From contig CBIMZH010000001.1 of the NCBI GenBank assembly GCA_966248255.1, forward strand, positions 1-32,116: 32,116 bases of DNA. The letters are read 5' to 3'. This document shows positions 28,344 to 32,116 of this stretch, in pieces. The stretch is from an uncultured Cellvibrio sp. GTDB taxonomy: Bacteria > Pseudomonadota > Gammaproteobacteria > Pseudomonadales > Cellvibrionaceae. The notes under the pieces are model-generated. The model saw only the letters and a program-made list of their open reading frames with translations, searched no databases and was not told the origin of the DNA. Made by a program: the position numbers and the translations under genes. How positions within the stretch are numbered: the first letter of the stretch is position 1; every line of letters begins with the position of its first letter.

Positions 28344-28361
28344 CGAATCAGGGATGGTTCG
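28344..28361 (+). promoter_or_regulatory. Putative CsrA/RsmA binding hairpin in the tssM leader
   Basis: CGAATC-AGGGAT-GGTTCG: 6-bp stem (one G-U pair) with an ARGGAU hexaloop, 35 nt before the ATG at 28397. Confidence 0.55.
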
Positions 28362-28396
28362 CTAAACCCACCATAAATTTGCACAAGTATCAGGAT

Positions 28397-31300
28397 ATGA
28401 AAAAGCTAGGCCAAATATTTTCCAATCCGCTGGTTATCGCCCTACTGGGTTTGTTGTGCTTCGCGCTGCTCGTTTGGTTTGCCGGACCGCAAATAAAATT
28501 TGGCGCCGACAACCATGCCCCCCTGGCCGAGCCCATGGCGCGCCTGCTGGTAATATTGCTGGCCATTATTATATGGCTGCTGGTCCAGGGCCTGCGCCAG
28601 CTGCAAAATGGCCGCAGCAATAAAGCCCTGGTCGATGACCTGCAGCAGAGCAACAGCGCTGCTCAGGGCGATCTGGCCAGCGATCAGGCGGCCGATGAAG
28701 TTGCCCAGCTGGGCCAGCGTTTTCAAACCGCACTGGATACGCTCAACAAACTTAAATTCCACAACAAAGGTCGCAGCAAAGCCCTTTACCAATTGCCCTG
28801 GTACATCATTGTTGGCCCGCCAGGCTCAGGTAAAACCACCGCACTGGTTAACTCCGGGCTGGAGTTCCCCCTAGCCGCCGAGTTCGGCAAGGGCGCCCTC
28901 CAGGGTGTTGGCGGCACGCGCAATTGCGATTGGTGGTTTACCAACGAAGCTGTGCTTATAGATACGGCCGGCCGCTACACCACTCAGGACAGCCACAAGG
29001 TCATTGACAGCTCTGCCTGGGAAGGCTTTTTGTCGCTGCTCAAACGCAATCGCCGCCGCCGCCCGATCAACGGCGCCATAGTGGCCATAAGCCTGCAGGA
29101 TCTGCTCCTGCAGAGCGAAGAGGAGCGCGCGCTCCACGCCAAAACCATTCGCAATCGCCTCGACGAACTCATGGAAAAACTGGAGATTCGCTTCCCGGTT
29201 TATTTGATGTTTACTAAAACCGATTTGGTGTCTGGCTTTAGCGAATTCTTTGAAGACCTGGGCAGAGAGGATCGCGAGCAGGTATGGGGCATGTCGCTGC
29301 CCAATGCGCCCAAGGGTTCACAGAGCCCCGATTTTGATTTTATTAAACGCGAATTCAGCAGCTTGCTCGCGCGCCTTAACGAACGTGTGCTCTGGCGTAT
29401 GCACCAGGAGCGAGACACTCAGCGCTGTGGCGCAGTTGAGGGCTTTCCCCTGCAGATGGAAAATGCCATGGGCCTGGCCGAGGATTTTATCAAGCGCTGC
29501 TTTGCCGCCAACCGCTTTCAACTCCAGCCTTATTTGCGCGGCGTTTACTTTTCCAGCGGCACCCAGGACGGCACACCGATTGATCGCCTGATGACCTCCA
29601 TCTCCGCCAACTTCGGTTTCGCGCGCGAGGCGGGTGCAGCCAATAACAGCCGCGGTCGCAGCTACTTTATTTCGCGACTGTTCCGCGAAGTGATCTTCCC
29701 CGAATCAGAATTGGTAGGTACCAACCAGCGCTACGAGCGCTTTATTCGTTTAATACGCACAGCCGCCTATGCAACGGCAGCACTGGTTACCGGTGGCGTG
29801 TTGCTCTTGTGGAGCGGCAGTGTTACCCGCAGCAATATGTACATTAGCGATGTTCAGACCGAGGTCGTTAAATTTAAAGAGAGCCAAGCCAGGCTCACCC
29901 CCTGGAACACGTCCAATACAGATCTACTCCAGGCATTAAATTCGCTCTACAGCGCCAGCAGTGTTTACGACAAAGATGCCCACCCCATGCTCGCCGGCTT
30001 AGGCCTCTATGACGACAGCGTAGACCGCAGCGCGAATCAACTCTATCAGCAACAACTTAAAACGCTGTTTGAACCCTATTTGCTCAAAACCATGGAGCAG
30101 GAATTGCAGCGCGGCTCGGCCGATCAGGACCTCTATAACAGCTTCCGTCTATACATGATGTTTAAAGTCACCGACAAGATGGACAAGCCGGCTATTACCA
30201 ACTGGTTTAGCCAACTCTGGGACAAACAAATTCCCGGCGAAAATCAGAACAAAGCCGATTTAAATAAACATCTGACGCAATTGCTCACGCTGGACTTGCC
30301 AGCGGTGGAGCTCAATCAAAGCCTGGTGGCACAAACCCGCAGCCTGCTCTTAAGTATTCCTGTGGCGCAGCGAATTTACCGTCGCATTAAAGCGGATCCG
30401 CAATACGCGCAGCCCGTTAACATGCTCAACTACTTTGGCGAACCGGCGCGCACCAGCTTTAACCTGGATGCCAGTAATCAAGCGGAATTTACTATTCCCG
30501 CACTCTTTACCATTCAGGCTTACAAGTCACTGGACCTGTCCAAGAACTCGCCCTTGTTTGCCCTGGTGGGAGACGATGAATGGGTGCTGGCTGATCGCGA
30601 CAACCCCGGCAGTCAACTGCTTCTGGACAACCCTGAACAGGTTAGCGCTGATGTTAAAGCACTTTATCTCGCTGAATACGCCAGCATTTGGAGCAACCTG
30701 CTGGATAAAATTTCGGTTAAACGCTTTGGCAGTATTCAGGAGCTAAGCCAGGCCCTGCGCACGCTTACCGATCCTGTCTATTCACCCCTGGCCAGCGTGC
30801 TTGATGTCACCAAGAGCAATACCCAATTGACCCCGCCAGTAGTTCAGGCAGCGGCCGATAAGGTAACCACGGGTGTCGCCGATAAAGCCCTGGACTATCT
30901 CGCAACCCAGGTTGAGGTGACCAGCGTCGACAAACGCTTTAGCGAATTGCATCAACTGGTAACCCAGAGCCCGCGCGGCCCTGCGCCCATTACAACCACT
31001 CTGCAACAACTCGCGAGCGTGCAAACGTTTATCCAGGAAATTGCCCTGGCACCTGACCTGGAACAAAAGTCCTTTGAAGTCGCCAAGGCTCGCTATGCCT
31101 CCAATGCCAGCAATGCGGTCTCCATGCTCAGAGCCTATGCCAAAAGCAGCCCGGCGCCGGTGGAGCGCTGGCTTAACAGCATTGCCGATGAAAGCTGGCG
31201 ATTAATTCTGCAATCGGCACACAGCTATGTCAGCAAAGAGTGGCGCGCGCGGGTGTTTCAACCCTACAGCCAGGTACTGGCGGGGCGCTACCCACTCAAC

Positions 31301-31945
31301 AGCAGCTCCAGCGATGAACTGGCACTGCTCGACTTCAGCAGCTTCTTTAAGCCCCAGGGCACTCTGGATCAATTCCAAAAAGAATTTATCGAGCCCTTCC
31401 TCGATACGCGTGGTCAGTGGTCGAGCCGCAGTGTAGATGGTTACAGCCTGGGCTTTAACAGCGCGACTATGAATCAGCTGGCTAAAGGGGCAAAAATTCG
31501 CGATGTGTTTTTTAAACAAAACCCGGAGACCCCAAGTATTAATCTGGAGCTGCGCCCTTATTTTATGAACAAGGAAGATGCAGTCTTCACCCTGGATATG
31601 GGCGATCAGCGCTTGTCCTACAACCATGGGCCGAAATTCTGGAAAGCCATTAATTGGTCCGGCCAGGATGACAGCCGCCGTATTCGCCTGATTTTTGAAG
31701 ATCTGCGCGGCAGCCAATTCGATCGCGCCTATACCGGCCCCTGGGCCTGGTTTCACCTGATGGACTCAGCGCAAATTGAAGCCACACCGCAATCCAATAT
31801 TTACAAAATTACCTTTATGCACCAAACCGCGAGCAACGATTTAAACGGCCCGCGCAAAATTGTGTTTGAAGGGCGCGCCACCAGTATTAATAACCCGTTT
31901 AAAAATGAACTCTTAAATAGCTTCCGTTGCCCGGAGACCATTTAA
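28397..31945 (+). CDS. tssM: T6SS membrane subunit TssM/IcmF
   Basis: Probable start ATG 28397 (MKKLGQ; the ORF-track TTG at 28334 adds a non-conserved-looking extension). Two N-terminal TMs, LYQLPWY, Walker A GPPGSGKTT, CDWWF, DTAGRY, RGVYFSSGTQ and GPWAWF. Confidence 0.95.
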   Translation: MKKLGQIFSNPLVIALLGLLCFALLVWFAGPQIKFGADNHAPLAEPMARLLVILLAIIIWLLVQGLRQLQNGRSNKALVDDLQQSNSAAQGDLASDQAADEVAQLGQRFQTALDTLNKLKFHNKGRSKALYQLPWYIIVGPPGSGKTTALVNSGLEFPLAAEFGKGALQGVGGTRNCDWWFTNEAVLIDTAGRYTTQDSHKVIDSSAWEGFLSLLKRNRRRRPINGAIVAISLQDLLLQSEEERALHAKTIRNRLDELMEKLEIRFPVYLMFTKTDLVSGFSEFFEDLGREDREQVWGMSLPNAPKGSQSPDFDFIKREFSSLLARLNERVLWRMHQERDTQRCGAVEGFPLQMENAMGLAEDFIKRCFAANRFQLQPYLRGVYFSSGTQDGTPIDRLMTSISANFGFAREAGAANNSRGRSYFISRLFREVIFPESELVGTNQRYERFIRLIRTAAYATAALVTGGVLLLWSGSVTRSNMYISDVQTEVVKFKESQARLTPWNTSNTDLLQALNSLYSASSVYDKDAHPMLAGLGLYDDSVDRSANQLYQQQLKTLFEPYLLKTMEQELQRGSADQDLYNSFRLYMMFKVTDKMDKPAITNWFSQLWDKQIPGENQNKADLNKHLTQLLTLDLPAVELNQSLVAQTRSLLLSIPVAQRIYRRIKADPQYAQPVNMLNYFGEPARTSFNLDASNQAEFTIPALFTIQAYKSLDLSKNSPLFALVGDDEWVLADRDNPGSQLLLDNPEQVSADVKALYLAEYASIWSNLLDKISVKRFGSIQELSQALRTLTDPVYSPLASVLDVTKSNTQLTPPVVQAAADKVTTGVADKALDYLATQVEVTSVDKRFSELHQLVTQSPRGPAPITTTLQQLASVQTFIQEIALAPDLEQKSFEVAKARYASNASNAVSMLRAYAKSSPAPVERWLNSIADESWRLILQSAHSYVSKEWRARVFQPYSQVLAGRYPLNSSSSDELALLDFSSFFKPQGTLDQFQKEFIEPFLDTRGQWSSRSVDGYSLGFNSATMNQLAKGAKIRDVFFKQNPETPSINLELRPYFMNKEDAVFTLDMGDQRLSYNHGPKFWKAINWSGQDDSRRIRLIFEDLRGSQFDRAYTGPWAWFHLMDSAQIEATPQSNIYKITFMHQTASNDLNGPRKIVFEGRATSINNPFKNELLNSFRCPETI

Positions 31946-32116
31946 TGATTAAAGCAAATGAAGTGGGCCTGTTTGGCAAGCTGCCGGCCCATGGCGATTT
32001 TATCTACCGCGACCTGCCCAGCCATTTTATCAATGCCTGGGACAGCTGGTTGCAGGGTTTTGTCGCCCACAGCCAGCAGGAGCTGGGGGATAACTGGTTG
32101 GATATTTATTTGACCA
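31945..32116 (+). CDS. tagF: T6SS regulator TagF, N-terminal part (3'-truncated by the window edge; absent from the ORF track)
   Basis: TAATG overlap with the tssM stop. Reads MIKANEVGLFGKLPAHGDFIYRDLPSHFINAWDSWLQG...WLDIYLT, the TagF G-x-GKLP-xx-GDF signature. Confidence 0.9.
   Translation, partial: MIKANEVGLFGKLPAHGDFIYRDLPSHFINAWDSWLQGFVAHSQQELGDNWLDIYLT

Noticed and set aside
1-32116. CRISPR arrays, tRNA/rRNA genes, IS elements, integrases
   Set aside because: None seen. Intergenic gaps are short and no regularly spaced repeats or transposase-like ORFs are present.

Overview
Gammaproteobacterial chromosomal window; gene content suggests a marine Cellvibrionales-like organism (inference only). 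Left part (1-7054): the 3' end of a PMT-family (GT-C) glycosyltransferase followed by a PA14 protein, a PAS-PAS-GGDEF diguanylate cyclase, and a minus-strand trio of sialate O-acetylesterase, HI0933/TIGR03862 flavoprotein and GT4 glycosyltransferase. Right part (12331-32116): a type VI secretion system in two divergent arms, tssA-tssB-tssC1-tssC2-tssE-tssF-tssG-clpV on the minus strand and fha-tssJ-tssK-tssL-tssM-tagF(partial) on the plus strand. It has two tssC paralogs, and no hcp, vgrG or PAAR gene lies in the window. The most unusual element is a tightly coupled four-gene envelope module (7187-12241) directly downstream of and co-oriented with clpV: a secreted TPR protein, a 952-aa TPR lipoprotein, a 211-aa TPR lipoprotein and a 70-aa secreted 'LYVVPW' protein. 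It resembles the GltC/D/E/F part of the Agl-Glt-like clusters but has no adjacent motor or GltG genes. A predicted terminator between clpV and the module leaves co-transcription unproven. All homology calls come from motif recognition; no database searches were run.
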